A DNA stretch of 45,905 bases from an uncultured Chromatiaceae bacterium (GTDB lineage Bacteria; Pseudomonadota; Gammaproteobacteria; Steroidobacterales; GCA-2729495). This document shows, one piece after another, positions 18,704 through 28,883 of this stretch. Each line of letters begins with the position of its first letter. Position 1 is the stretch's first letter. The stretch is taken from contig CAYLLI010000001.1 in the NCBI GenBank assembly GCA_964384295.1, positions 1 through 45,905 on the forward strand, written 5' to 3'. Position numbers and translations under genes: made by a program. Under the pieces are notes generated by a model. It saw only the letters and a program-made list of their open reading frames with translations. It ran no database searches and had not been told where the DNA came from.

Positions 18704-18823
18704 ACCCCGAAACCCCAAAAACAACCTCTGCAACACTCTACAGCAAACCGTGAGCGGCACCACACCGCAGTGCTACCATTCGTGACACGAACCGCAGCCG
18801 CTTCACGCCCACAAGAGACGCCT

Positions 18824-19555
18824 ATGTCAGCAACCCGAATTTTCTCAGACACGACCGTTCCTGCAAACAGCGAGCTGGAGCTGACGGGCAATGCAGCACG
18901 GCACGTGGCAAAAGCATTGCGAATGAAAGCGGGCGACACGCTGCGACTTTTTGACGGGTCCGGGAACGAGTATCCGGCCCGGATTACAAACATTTCGAAG
19001 TCGGCGGTTCGCGTTGCAACAGGCGATGGCGTGGAAATCAAGACAGAGTCATCGCTGGCTATCGAGCTGTGGCAAGGCGTCAGTAAGGGCGGTCGAATGG
19101 ACAATGTCGTTCAGAAAGCAACCGAACTCGGTGTTGCACGAATCCGTCCGGTGCTTACGGAATACAGCGTCATTAAACTCGATGATCAGCGCGGCGCTAA
19201 GAAACTTGCCCACTGGCGGGAAGTGGCGATCAGTGCCTGCGAACAATCGGGCCGGGTGCGCGTCCCGGAGATTCTTCCCCCTGAAAGGTTTACGGCAGCA
19301 CTCGCCACACTGTCACCTGAGGCAGAGGCGATGATGCTGGTTCCGGGAAATCACAAGCCGCTCAGCATTGGCAATAACGCAAACCGCATCGTCGTGATGA
19401 TCGGCCCGGAGGGTGGCTTTAGCCCCGATGAAGAACGACTCGCCAGCGAGCATGGTGTCCGCCTTGCCTCGATGGGTACACGCGTTCTTCGAACCGAGAC
19501 CGCCCCCGTTGCGGCGCTGAGCATTCTGCAATATCAGGCAGGGGATATGGGATAA
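18824..19555 (+). CDS. rsmE: 16S rRNA (uracil1498-N3)-methyltransferase
   Basis: 243-aa protein starting at ATG 18824 (MSATRIFSD...). It has an RsmE-family PUA-like N-domain and the C-terminal SPOUT motif IGPEGGFSPDE...LGTRVLRTETA. The 81 upstream codons of the long ORF overlap ampD and are rejected. Confidence 0.88.
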   Translation: MSATRIFSDTTVPANSELELTGNAARHVAKALRMKAGDTLRLFDGSGNEYPARITNISKSAVRVATGDGVEIKTESSLAIELWQGVSKGGRMDNVVQKATELGVARIRPVLTEYSVIKLDDQRGAKKLAHWREVAISACEQSGRVRVPEILPPERFTAALATLSPEAEAMMLVPGNHKPLSIGNNANRIVVMIGPEGGFSPDEERLASEHGVRLASMGTRVLRTETAPVAALSILQYQAGDMG

Positions 19556-19570
19556 CCGGCTGAACAAAGC

Positions 19571-20074
19571 CTATTGAAGCACCGGCCGGGTCTCTTCTGA
19601 CGAGACAGTTTCCCGGTCCGCCACAGCGGCTTCCACACGCGGCAAATCAGGAATCAAAGCCGTTTCGTTGATCATTCTGATACGACACAACACTGGTTGC
19701 GAAGGATCAGGCTGATAAGCCAGGTCCTGCAGCAGAACGTCACGATTAACGCGGACGATCTGCGGAAAACCTTCCGCGAGCAGCCCGTATGTCACCAAAT
19801 CGCCCCGTGGATTCAGCATGTACACGACGATAATCCGGCTACGGCTGCCCCCTTCTGAAGCTGGATTGCCGCAGAGACTTTCAAAAGAGATCAGCGGAAT
19901 ACTCTTGCCGTGCCAGACTACGTCACCCAATAACCAATCGGGCGAGCCCGCCGGAGCTGCCTCAGGTTCTGCATACCGAATCACTTCCGCAACGCTCGCC
20001 CGCGGCAAAATAATCCGCTCATCGTTCAGCGGGATTAACAGGCTGTAAATCTCATCATTCGACTGCATAGTCAC
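19571..20074 (-). CDS. chpC: CheW-like coupling protein (ChpC-like)
   Basis: 167-aa single CheW-like domain protein encoded directly downstream of chpA. Size and position match P. aeruginosa ChpC. Confidence 0.75.
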   Translation of the reverse strand: MTMQSNDEIYSLLIPLNDERIILPRASVAEVIRYAEPEAAPAGSPDWLLGDVVWHGKSIPLISFESLCGNPASEGGSRSRIIVVYMLNPRGDLVTYGLLAEGFPQIVRVNRDVLLQDLAYQPDPSQPVLCRIRMINETALIPDLPRVEAAVADRETVSSEETRPVLQ

Positions 20075-20080
20075 GTTCCG

Positions 20081-23000
20081 TTATAGCGAAGCCGGAGCCT
20101 TATCCGCCAGCAAACTGCGCACCGACTCAAGCATTTCGGCTTCCTGATACGGTTTACCAAGGTAATCATTCACGCCAAGCTCGATAGCGCGGGCACGGTG
20201 CTTTTCACCACTGCGTGACGTAATCATGATGACCGGGACTTTTTCGGTATCAGGATTGTTGCGCAGGTTCTTCGCAAACTCATAGCCATCCATTCGCGGC
20301 ATTTCGATGTCCAGCAGCACAATGTCGGGCACTTCGTCTTCAAGTTTCTCCAATGCATCCACGCCGTCAGTCGCGGTGACGACACGCAAACCATGGCGTT
20401 CCAGCAACCGCTGGCTGACCCGACGCATCGTAATCGAATCATCCACCACCATGGCTAACGGAACGCGTGGCGCAACAGCCTCGTCTTTCAGAGGTTTCAT
20501 GCTGTCGCCCATCGGCATCGAGCGAACCAGAACAGCAACATCGAGAATAATGACAATGCTGCCGTCACCAAGGATGGTCGCACCTGAAACACCGCGCACC
20601 GTCGCTAACTGAGCACCCAGCGACTTCACGACGATTTCACGGCTATCGACCGTTTTATCGCTGATCAGCGCGACAGCCTCTTCCTCGGTTTTCACCAAAA
20701 TCAGTGAGACTGACTCGGTGTCGACCGGCATAGCCAGGTCGCTCAAGCCAAGATACTGCCCAAGGTGCCGGAAGGTATAAATCGTGCCGCCGTAATCAAT
20801 CACCGGCGTATCCTGCTTCAGGTAACCATCAAACTCTTCGCGAGAGACGCGGATAACGCCCTCGATTGAAGGCATCGGCAATGCATACGTTTCGTTGGCC
20901 ACTTTAACAATCAGTGCCTGAGCGACTGCCAATGTATAAGGCAGGCGAATGGTAAAGGTGCAACCATTACCCGGCGTCGAATTGATACCCAATGTGCCGC
21001 CAAGCTTAGCAACCTCGTTGACCACCACGTCCATGCCGACACCGCGACCGGCGCTCTGCGTCAACTGTTTCGCGGTAGATACACCCGCCTTCAGAATCAA
21101 CCGCATTGCCGCTTCATCGCTGATGACCTGCGTCTCGCTCAGATCGGCCTGCTGGCTGGCGGTGTTGCGAATCTCGTCGACATTCAGACCGGCACCGTCA
21201 TCAGTCACTTCAATCAGAACCTCAGAGCCATCGCGTCGCAACCGAATACCGATTTCACCCGCCGCAGGCTTGCCGAGCCGTTCACGCTCATCGGGTGACT
21301 CGATACCGTGGACAACAGCGTTGCGCAACATGTGCTCAAACGGCGGCAGCATTTTCTCCAGCACCTGCCTGTCGAGTTCTCCGCTGCCACCTTCGACCAC
21401 GAAGTTCACCTGCTTGCGCTCTGCGGCTGCGGTCTGGCGAACCAGGCGTGCCAGTCGCGGCACATGCTGCTGGAACGGCACCATACGGGTGCGCATCAGA
21501 TTGTCCTGAAGCTCGGCTACCGTGCGTGCTTCCTGCACCAACAGAGATTCGGTCTCACGCGCAAGATTCTGCAACAGATCTTTAATACTGCTGACGTCAC
21601 TGGATGATTCTGCCAGCGCACGCGATAACTGTTGAATCGCAGAAAAACGATCCATCTCCAACGGGTCAAACTCTTCATTGTCGGCGGTTTCGGTTTTGTA
21701 CCGGTTCAGGATCTGCGCTTCGGTTTCGATCTCCATTGCCCGCAGCTGTTCTCGCAAACGGGTAACGGTGCCACCAAGTTCTTCGAGGTTGAACTGAATA
21801 GAACCAAGCTGCTGATTCAAGCGCGAATGGAAAATACTGATTTCACCCGCACTGTTGAGCATCTCCTCCAGGGCAGCAGAATCAACCCGCACAAAATCAC
21901 GTGAGGCAGCCGCTTCGCGACTGATGTTATCCGGCGCATCGGCCTCCTGATCATCAACATCCGCAGGCGTTGCTTCAGCATCGTCTGCAGCTGCAACGTC
22001 AACCTCCGGCGCCAATGCTTCCTGTTCAGGCTCCGGCGCCGGATCCTGTTCAGGCTCTGCAGAAGGCTGAGGCAGCAAATCTTCAAGGTTCGGCAGCGGC
22101 GCAATACCGAGCGCGTCGACAATATCAGCATCATCGGGCACCGCAGGCGCTTTCAGATCGCGGGCAAGCTCGCCCAGCTTGTCATCCATCGACGTCGCCG
22201 GAGGTGCTACCGGGGCAGGCTCTTCAGGGACAACCTCAGCCACCGGTTCTTCGGCTACCACCTCTTCAACCGGCTCCGACAGTTCGTCCGGAACATCAGG
22301 CTCTGCTTTAAGCTCGACCGTGCTATCGACCTCTGCAGTGCCTTCAATCAATTGCTGCAACTCTGCCGCCAGAGCCGCATCGGGTTCGACGACTCGGGCA
22401 GACAAGACTGCCTCGCGCATTCGGTTCAACTCATCGAAACTGCGCTGCAGAAATGCCGCTGTATCGGCGGTAAGTGGTCGGGATCCATTTGCACAAAGAC
22501 CAATAAATTCCTCAATCTCATGACTGAAGTCACCCATTGGAGTAACACCCGCCATTCGTGCGCCACCCTTCAATGTGTGCAAGTCACGCTGCAACTCAGC
22601 CACGGGCGCACGATCATCCGTATTCCGAACCAACCGCTCGAGACTGCCGTCCGCGCTATCCAGAATCTCGGCCGCTTCTTCTGCAAATATCGCGGCAATC
22701 TCGGCGTCAAACTCAACTGCAGGCAATGGTTCAGCATCGGGAGTCTGCAGCCCGGACTCATCACTTACTGCCGGTTCCTCAGCAACCTCAGACTCTGTGT
22801 CAGCGGTTTCGGGCTGAGCGTGGACGCCGGTGAGGCTGGGTAACGCACTGCGCAGAGTATGCAACCGCGTCGCCACAGCCTCCGTGTCGACGGCCAACGT
22901 TGCGTCACTGTTGTCCAGCGCGGCTATGATCTGTGTCAGTCCGTCAACGGCATCGTTAATACCCTCAATCGCATCCATCGGCAGCAGCGCATTGTGTTCG

Positions 23001-25741
23001 TCAGCGTGCTGAACCAGTTGATTCATCGCCTCTGCGATTCCGATCGCAGGCGTCGCTTCAGCCATCGTCAAGCTGCCCTGAAGCGTGTGTGCGGCACGAT
23101 AGACATCGGCGTTAACCGCAAACGGCGGCGCGGCGGAACGACACTCAGCGACAAAGCCTCGCAAGGTTTCCAGATGGGTTGCGCTTTCTTTACGCAGAAT
23201 ATCCAGCAACACCGGATCCATCGCGGCGGCCGGCTCTTCCACATCATCAGCATCGTCCGGAATCAGGATATCGGGTGAGATCATCTCATCCGGTTCACCG
23301 ATGTCCGGCAGGTTTGCGACGAGCGGCTGTGGTTCAAACGCCAGGCCCTGCTCGGCATACCCATGAGCATTGGCAATGATAATGCCGAGGTTCGCTGACG
23401 GCTCAGCACCGACCTCCAGTTGTTCGATCAACTCAGGCGTTGTCGTGACAGCCTGTCGCAGCAATTCCATCACTGCAGGCACAGGTTCCAGCGTGTTGTT
23501 AATAATCCGGTTCAGCAGGTTTTCAATCGACCAGGCGTACTCACCGATCAGTTCAGCACTGACCATGCGGCCACTGCCCTTCAGTGTGTGATACGAGCGA
23601 CGCACCGTTGCGAGCGCTTCCTCTGCAGAGGTGTCTGCTTGCCAGACCGGAAACTCGCGCTGAATCGTCTCAACACACTCTTTGGCTTCTTCCAAAAAGA
23701 TTTCGAGCAGCTCTGGGTCCGGCGCGCTGTCGTCAGTCCGCACCACCTGATACTCACTGATATCGATCAGTTCAATCGGCGAATCCCTGTCGGCCGCTGC
23801 AGCGCCGGCATCCGCTGCAGGAGCTTCTGCTAATGCACCCCCATCAGCCTTTGCAGCCGCCGCAGCAATGTCGGCGGGCGCCTCAAGCACCTCTGTTCGT
23901 TCAACTGCCGGCGGGTTAAGAATCTCTGTCGAATCACCGACGGGCTTTAGCACTTCAGTCTTATCGATGTTGCCGCCCGGCAACTCGTCGATCGACATTT
24001 CACGCGTAGCATCATGTCCGACATTGATTTCAGGAGCCGCTGAGGTCAGCGCGGCTTCATCCATTGCGGCAAGACAACGGTCCGCGTTGTCCAACATATA
24101 AAGCGGTTCCTTGCGGCCGTTCTGAATCGTCTCAAGGTAATACTCGAAACTAACGATCGCATCTGCGAGGCGATTCAGATTCTCCAGCGGGAGATGGTCG
24201 CCACCATTGCGGGCAAAACCGATAATGTGCTCACCGGCTTTACCGATAACGGCGAGAGCCCGGTCTTTACCCAGCATCGCCAGGCCCGACTGAATGCCGC
24301 CAACGAGCACTTCCAGCTCGGCGATATCAGCCCGGTCATCGGTATGCCCCATAACGCCGGTTATCGCGTCTTTAATGCGGGCAATGTTAACCACGCACTC
24401 GCGCATTACGGCTTGCGTCACCTGTTGGAAATCGGAATCGATTTCAACGTCAAACTCGGCTTCTTCTGCAGACTCCGCGGGCTCAACCAGAGCTATCAAC
24501 TCGGCATCAAGCGCATCCTCAACGCTCAGCAATGCAGCGGCTAGCCCAACCAGCCGGGCTTCGTCCGGTTTTGCGCCCGATTGCACGATATCCCGCAGCT
24601 CATCGCTGTGAACCGCAACAGCTTCACGGAGGCTCGCAAGCCCGAGCACCCCGAGCGTGTCACTGATCTTGCGCAGCATATCGACCTGAGGCTCCAGCTC
24701 GGCAACGTTCTCCATGCCGGTACGCGCAAAGATATCGAGGACATCTTTGGCAGCGGTCAGATCCTGACGAATGGCATCGGCGACGGTGCGCATCAGGTTG
24801 GCGCTTGGCGCGGCGAGCATCTGACGCAACTCTTCAACCTGATCGTCGCCCGGAATCAGGTCGATCAAATTGTAGGCTTCGCGAATTTGGTCAACCCGCT
24901 CGCTGTGCGACGTAGCGCGCGCAACATAGTAAAGCAGGTTGTTTAACAGTTCGGTCGGGGGTTCTTTGCTGTAAGCGCCCTCACCGTCTGTCGCGAGTCG
25001 TTTAATTTCCCGGTCAGCCTGCCCCATCAATCGCTTGATAGCGACACTGGTAGCAAGGCCGTTATCCCGCAGCGCTTCGATCACACCGCCGACAACCCAC
25101 CACAACTGATGCACATCAGAGTTGCCTGCTGCTTTCTCAAGCGCACCGGCAACCTGATGCATAGCGTTCAGTTCATCGCCTGATGAACCGCCTTTAATCC
25201 AGCCCAGCAACCCGAGCTGAAAGCGGGTCCGCAATGAACGGGCCAGGGCTTGAATGTCGTTGCCGTCGGGCGCCGGAGACACCTTCTGCGCCACTTCATC
25301 CGGAGTGACGCCGGTATCCAGCAACAACAGCGTGCTTTCTGATAGCAGAGGGCGACCACGGGCTGCGCGCAAATCATTCAGCAACGGCAGCAACACCAAC
25401 GGTATATCGCGCCCGCCGACCATGATGGTCTCGACATAGGCAGGCAGCTGCACGATAGCGCGGGTTAAAGCCTCAATACCTTGATCGGCCGGTGCGGACT
25501 GTTGGTTCTCGATCAGCACCCGGCAGGTCAGCTCCATCTCTTCAGCTAGCAAGCTGGCACCGCTGGCTTCAGCCATCGATAAAGCGCCGGCAGCGCTGTG
25601 CAACGCGTCCGCGCACGCCGTCAGATCAGCAGCGCTGCCCTCACTGTCAATGTAGCTCTCCAGAATCTGGCGAGCCTCTGACAGCGTCGCCAGCAATTCC
25701 TGATAGATCAGGGAGAGTGAATCTGAAACCACGGCACTCAT
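20081..25741 (-). CDS. chpA: hybrid histidine kinase ChpA of the Pil-Chp chemosensory system
   Basis: 1886-aa ORF. It has at least three canonical Hpt motifs (SYHTLKGSGRM, AAHTLQGSLTM, DLHTLKGGARM) plus degenerate Hpt-like helices at the N-terminus. It also has acidic and proline-rich linkers. The CheA-type kinase core has an N box (HMLRNAVVHGIE), G1 (DDGAGL) and G2 (GRGVGMD). A CheW-like domain and a C-terminal receiver (VVDDSITMRR...LLDIEMPRMDG...GKPY) follow. Confidence 0.92.
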   Translation of the reverse strand: MSAVVSDSLSLIYQELLATLSEARQILESYIDSEGSAADLTACADALHSAAGALSMAEASGASLLAEEMELTCRVLIENQQSAPADQGIEALTRAIVQLPAYVETIMVGGRDIPLVLLPLLNDLRAARGRPLLSESTLLLLDTGVTPDEVAQKVSPAPDGNDIQALARSLRTRFQLGLLGWIKGGSSGDELNAMHQVAGALEKAAGNSDVHQLWWVVGGVIEALRDNGLATSVAIKRLMGQADREIKRLATDGEGAYSKEPPTELLNNLLYYVARATSHSERVDQIREAYNLIDLIPGDDQVEELRQMLAAPSANLMRTVADAIRQDLTAAKDVLDIFARTGMENVAELEPQVDMLRKISDTLGVLGLASLREAVAVHSDELRDIVQSGAKPDEARLVGLAAALLSVEDALDAELIALVEPAESAEEAEFDVEIDSDFQQVTQAVMRECVVNIARIKDAITGVMGHTDDRADIAELEVLVGGIQSGLAMLGKDRALAVIGKAGEHIIGFARNGGDHLPLENLNRLADAIVSFEYYLETIQNGRKEPLYMLDNADRCLAAMDEAALTSAAPEINVGHDATREMSIDELPGGNIDKTEVLKPVGDSTEILNPPAVERTEVLEAPADIAAAAAKADGGALAEAPAADAGAAAADRDSPIELIDISEYQVVRTDDSAPDPELLEIFLEEAKECVETIQREFPVWQADTSAEEALATVRRSYHTLKGSGRMVSAELIGEYAWSIENLLNRIINNTLEPVPAVMELLRQAVTTTPELIEQLEVGAEPSANLGIIIANAHGYAEQGLAFEPQPLVANLPDIGEPDEMISPDILIPDDADDVEEPAAAMDPVLLDILRKESATHLETLRGFVAECRSAAPPFAVNADVYRAAHTLQGSLTMAEATPAIGIAEAMNQLVQHADEHNALLPMDAIEGINDAVDGLTQIIAALDNSDATLAVDTEAVATRLHTLRSALPSLTGVHAQPETADTESEVAEEPAVSDESGLQTPDAEPLPAVEFDAEIAAIFAEEAAEILDSADGSLERLVRNTDDRAPVAELQRDLHTLKGGARMAGVTPMGDFSHEIEEFIGLCANGSRPLTADTAAFLQRSFDELNRMREAVLSARVVEPDAALAAELQQLIEGTAEVDSTVELKAEPDVPDELSEPVEEVVAEEPVAEVVPEEPAPVAPPATSMDDKLGELARDLKAPAVPDDADIVDALGIAPLPNLEDLLPQPSAEPEQDPAPEPEQEALAPEVDVAAADDAEATPADVDDQEADAPDNISREAAASRDFVRVDSAALEEMLNSAGEISIFHSRLNQQLGSIQFNLEELGGTVTRLREQLRAMEIETEAQILNRYKTETADNEEFDPLEMDRFSAIQQLSRALAESSSDVSSIKDLLQNLARETESLLVQEARTVAELQDNLMRTRMVPFQQHVPRLARLVRQTAAAERKQVNFVVEGGSGELDRQVLEKMLPPFEHMLRNAVVHGIESPDERERLGKPAAGEIGIRLRRDGSEVLIEVTDDGAGLNVDEIRNTASQQADLSETQVISDEAAMRLILKAGVSTAKQLTQSAGRGVGMDVVVNEVAKLGGTLGINSTPGNGCTFTIRLPYTLAVAQALIVKVANETYALPMPSIEGVIRVSREEFDGYLKQDTPVIDYGGTIYTFRHLGQYLGLSDLAMPVDTESVSLILVKTEEEAVALISDKTVDSREIVVKSLGAQLATVRGVSGATILGDGSIVIILDVAVLVRSMPMGDSMKPLKDEAVAPRVPLAMVVDDSITMRRVSQRLLERHGLRVVTATDGVDALEKLEDEVPDIVLLDIEMPRMDGYEFAKNLRNNPDTEKVPVIMITSRSGEKHRARAIELGVNDYLGKPYQEAEMLESVRSLLADKAPASL

Positions 25742-25775
25742 ATCGTTATTAACTTCGCAAGTTCCTTATGCTGCC

Positions 25776-27890
25776 TCAGGCAGACTGCTTACCGGCAAAA
25801 TCATCCGCATCATCAGCTTCAACCGTGCCTTCAGATTCGGATGATTCCTGCTCCAGCGATAACTCCTGCGTATCGTCCGCACCCGACTGTGAATCACCTT
25901 CATCATCGGCTTCGGCATCCCGCTGCAACGCTTTAAAGCTCTCGCGCTCGAGCACCGAGGTTTCTGAAAACGACTCCGGCAAACTAAAGCCTGCTACCGA
26001 CTTACGCAGCTGCGTGGCAAGCTCGGACAGCTTTTTAATACTGTCGGTGGTCGATGACACGTTCTGCACGGCAGAGTCACCGATTTCGGTGAGTTCATCC
26101 ATGTTCTTTTTCACGCCTTGAGCGGACACAGCCTGCTCACGCGCCGAGTTCGAGATGTTCTGCACGAGCATGGCGATCTGGTTCGAGACCTGCTCAATTT
26201 CCTCAAGCGCTGCACCGGCGTTTTCAGCAAGCAAAGCTCCACCCACCACGTCCGTCGTACTGCGCTCCATCGAGACGACCGCCTCGTTGGTGTCTGACTG
26301 AATCGTCCTCACCAGCACCTCGATCTGCTTCGTCGCATTCGTTGAGCGCTCAGCCAGCCGCTGCACCTCATCAGCAACAACGGCAAAACCGCGGCCGGCT
26401 TCGCCCGCCATAGACGCCTGAATAGAAGCGTTTAACGCCAGAATGTTGGTTTGCTCGGCAATGTCATTAATCAACTCCACGATGTTGCCGATTTCCTGCG
26501 AACTTTCGCCCAGCCGTTTAATTCGCTTGGACGTTTCCTGAATCGTCTCGCGAATCGTATTCATGCCTTCAATAGTCCTGCGCACGGCATCGCCGCCTTT
26601 GTGCGCAATATCCACCGAGTGACGTGCAACATCGGCTGAACGCTCCGCATCGCCGGAGACTTCATCGATGGACACATTCATAACCGCAATGGCCTCTGAA
26701 GCCAGCTTGATTTGATTCAGCTGGCGACCCTGGGCTTCATCCAACCGTTGCGCGCTGACTTCGGATTGCTTGGTGGCACTGTCGACCATGATGGTGCTTT
26801 CTTTGATCGTAATAACGAGTTCGCGCAGCGCTTCGATGGCGTAGTTAATGGAATCCGCAATCGCGCCGGTGATGTCTTCGGTAACCGTGAGTTGAGAGGT
26901 TAGATCGCCGTCCGCGAGATTGCCTAGCTCGTCCAGCATGCGAAGAATCGCCTCCTGATCCCGGCCGGCCTGCAACGCCATCTCCGCTGCCTCACGCCGT
27001 TTGGCAGCAGACTTGAAGTAGGAGAGCAGCATCAGCAGCAGCAAGACCGCTGCGGCCCCGAGAAGCGCCAGGGGCTGATACACCGCGGGAAGAGTATCGC
27101 CGCCCGCTGTGCTGACCGTTGTGGAAGATGCCGTATCGCCCAGGTCCTTGGCGGCCTCAACCACGGAAGCATTGGCAGCAAACACCGGCTCCAGCTGATC
27201 ATTTAACGCCGAGATCAGATTCAAATTGTCGCTCAACTGTGCAGAAAGACCTGACAGTTCATTCACCGTGGCCTTTGCACCAACGTCCGTTACCTGCTGG
27301 ATGGCAAGCTTAGGATCACCAATCAACAAGCCGGTAACAATCTGCGACAGCTCCATTTCGGTGTTCACTGCACGCTGAATTAAGTCGGAACTGTCATCAG
27401 CACCCGCTGCCAGTTCAGTCAAATCATTAACGAGCAATTGAGCCAGGACACGCAAGCGACCCAGATTAGCTACGGCAACCGGTTGTCGCTGCAGCGACAA
27501 CTGATCTTCAAGGCGGTACACGGTGTCGATAAACTGCGGCAACAAACCCTCGACCCGCTCCCCGGCACTTTTCAGGTCCTGCAGATCACGCTGCGCCGCG
27601 AGCACAACAGGTACAGCCGAACGAATATCTGCAAACCCCGCCGATGTGTTGCGATTCACGGAGCGCTGCAGAACAGAGAGCGCACGAAACGCGTCATCAT
27701 TGCCCTGCAAAGCACTCTGCATCTCGACCTGCACCGACTGCGCCAGCGCAAAGCCGTCAATGTCACTGTCTGCCGTTTGCTTTTCCTGACCTTCAAGCAG
27801 CCAGATCCAGCCGGCAGAGCCCGCCATCATCAACAGCACCAGCACCGCAAGTATCGGGACTAGTTTCCCTTCACTGGTTTTCTCGGCCAT
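25776..27890 (-). CDS. pilJ: methyl-accepting chemotaxis protein PilJ
   Basis: 704-aa ORF. It has an N-terminal TM, a large periplasmic domain, a second TM, a HAMP domain, and the MCP signalling hairpin IAEQTNILALNASIQASMAGEAGRGFAVVADEVQRLAERS. The C-terminal tail is long and acidic. Confidence 0.9.
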   Translation of the reverse strand: MAEKTSEGKLVPILAVLVLLMMAGSAGWIWLLEGQEKQTADSDIDGFALAQSVQVEMQSALQGNDDAFRALSVLQRSVNRNTSAGFADIRSAVPVVLAAQRDLQDLKSAGERVEGLLPQFIDTVYRLEDQLSLQRQPVAVANLGRLRVLAQLLVNDLTELAAGADDSSDLIQRAVNTEMELSQIVTGLLIGDPKLAIQQVTDVGAKATVNELSGLSAQLSDNLNLISALNDQLEPVFAANASVVEAAKDLGDTASSTTVSTAGGDTLPAVYQPLALLGAAAVLLLLMLLSYFKSAAKRREAAEMALQAGRDQEAILRMLDELGNLADGDLTSQLTVTEDITGAIADSINYAIEALRELVITIKESTIMVDSATKQSEVSAQRLDEAQGRQLNQIKLASEAIAVMNVSIDEVSGDAERSADVARHSVDIAHKGGDAVRRTIEGMNTIRETIQETSKRIKRLGESSQEIGNIVELINDIAEQTNILALNASIQASMAGEAGRGFAVVADEVQRLAERSTNATKQIEVLVRTIQSDTNEAVVSMERSTTDVVGGALLAENAGAALEEIEQVSNQIAMLVQNISNSAREQAVSAQGVKKNMDELTEIGDSAVQNVSSTTDSIKKLSELATQLRKSVAGFSLPESFSETSVLERESFKALQRDAEADDEGDSQSGADDTQELSLEQESSESEGTVEADDADDFAGKQSA

Positions 27891-27939
27891 CTATTCCTCT
27901 CCAAAACTGCTTGCAGCACTGGCGATCAAGTCGCACCGG

Positions 27940-28512
27940 CTAATGCTCACCGGCATGCTGAAAGTCCTGTGTCGCTAACAGAACTGCCATGCTGAATACC
28001 GGCCAAAATTCGTTATTTCGTGAAAACGCGCCCTCAAGATAGCGCTCGCAGCGCACAGTCATCTGTGGTTTATCTGCGGAGAACTCGCTATTCAAAAAAC
28101 GCCTGAAGCCGAACACCTCGTCAACCAACACGCCTACAGGAAACTCACGGCTGTTTAACACCAGCACACGGGCACCCCGGGAAACCTTGGTCACGCCTGC
28201 ACCCAGGTACTGGCGCAAGTCGACAATCGGCAGCAGCTGTCCGCGCAGGTTCGCAAGACCGGCAACCCAGGCTTTCGCGCCGGGTACCCGCGACATCGCG
28301 GGAGGCACCATCATCACCTCACGAACATCATCGCGCGCGACCAGCATCGTTTCATCGCCGACTTTGAACCCGATACCAACCCATTCGGCGGCATCGCCAC
28401 CCTCAGTGTCAGCAACCTGCACAAGCTCAAGGCAACGACGCTCGATTGCCTGCAACAGGTCAAACGGGCGGTCCACCAAGACCTGCAGATTAAGATCCAC
28501 CGAATCGCTCAT
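27940..28512 (-). CDS. pilI: CheW-like coupling protein PilI
   Basis: 190-aa CheW-domain protein lying between pilH and pilJ. Its start overlaps the pilH stop by 4 nt. Confidence 0.85.
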   Translation of the reverse strand: MSDSVDLNLQVLVDRPFDLLQAIERRCLELVQVADTEGGDAAEWVGIGFKVGDETMLVARDDVREVMMVPPAMSRVPGAKAWVAGLANLRGQLLPIVDLRQYLGAGVTKVSRGARVLVLNSREFPVGVLVDEVFGFRRFLNSEFSADKPQMTVRCERYLEGAFSRNNEFWPVFSMAVLLATQDFQHAGEH

Positions 28513-28874
28513 GCCTGCAGTCTCGCCTCCACAGCTTTAATCAAAGCATCGGGTTTAACCGGCTTAACAAGGTACTCAACCGCACCCTGACGCAGCGCCC
28601 AGATCTTGTCCGTTTCCTGATCCTTGGTGCTAATGATGATGACCGGGATGGCGGACGTTTCAGGCATCTTGTGTAGCTTGCGGGTAGCCTGAAACCCGTT
28701 CATACCGGGCATCACGACGTCCATGACAATAAGGTCAGGCAACTTGTCCTTCGCAAGCTCAAGGGCTTCTTCACCATCATTCGCGATGATCGTTTCGTAA
28801 CCATGCTGGTCGAGAGCCTGCGAATAAACGTGCTGCTCAACCGGCGAGTCATCGACAATCAGTATCAGTGCCAT
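28509..28874 (-). CDS. pilH: CheY-like response regulator PilH
   Basis: 121-aa single receiver domain with an intact acidic pocket (ILIVDDS), phosphoacceptor (LIVMDVVMPGMNG), T/S (IIISTK) and K (LVKP). Confidence 0.9.
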   Translation of the reverse strand: MALILIVDDSPVEQHVYSQALDQHGYETIIANDGEEALELAKDKLPDLIVMDVVMPGMNGFQATRKLHKMPETSAIPVIIISTKDQETDKIWALRQGAVEYLVKPVKPDALIKAVEARLQA

Positions 28875-28883
28875 GGCGCCGCC

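Noticed and set aside
18581-18823. N-terminal 81-codon extension of the rsmE ORF
   Set aside because: It overlaps ampD on the opposite strand and has no RsmE similarity. The RsmE family N-terminus begins at ATG 18824.
20081-25741. Many 60-190-aa ORFs antisense to or out of frame within chpA (for example 20949..21509, 22352..22843, 22859..23278)
   Set aside because: These are shadow ORFs, as expected in a long GC-rich coding region. They have biased low-complexity composition (S/A/R/P-rich), and the continuous 1886-aa ChpA frame explains the region.
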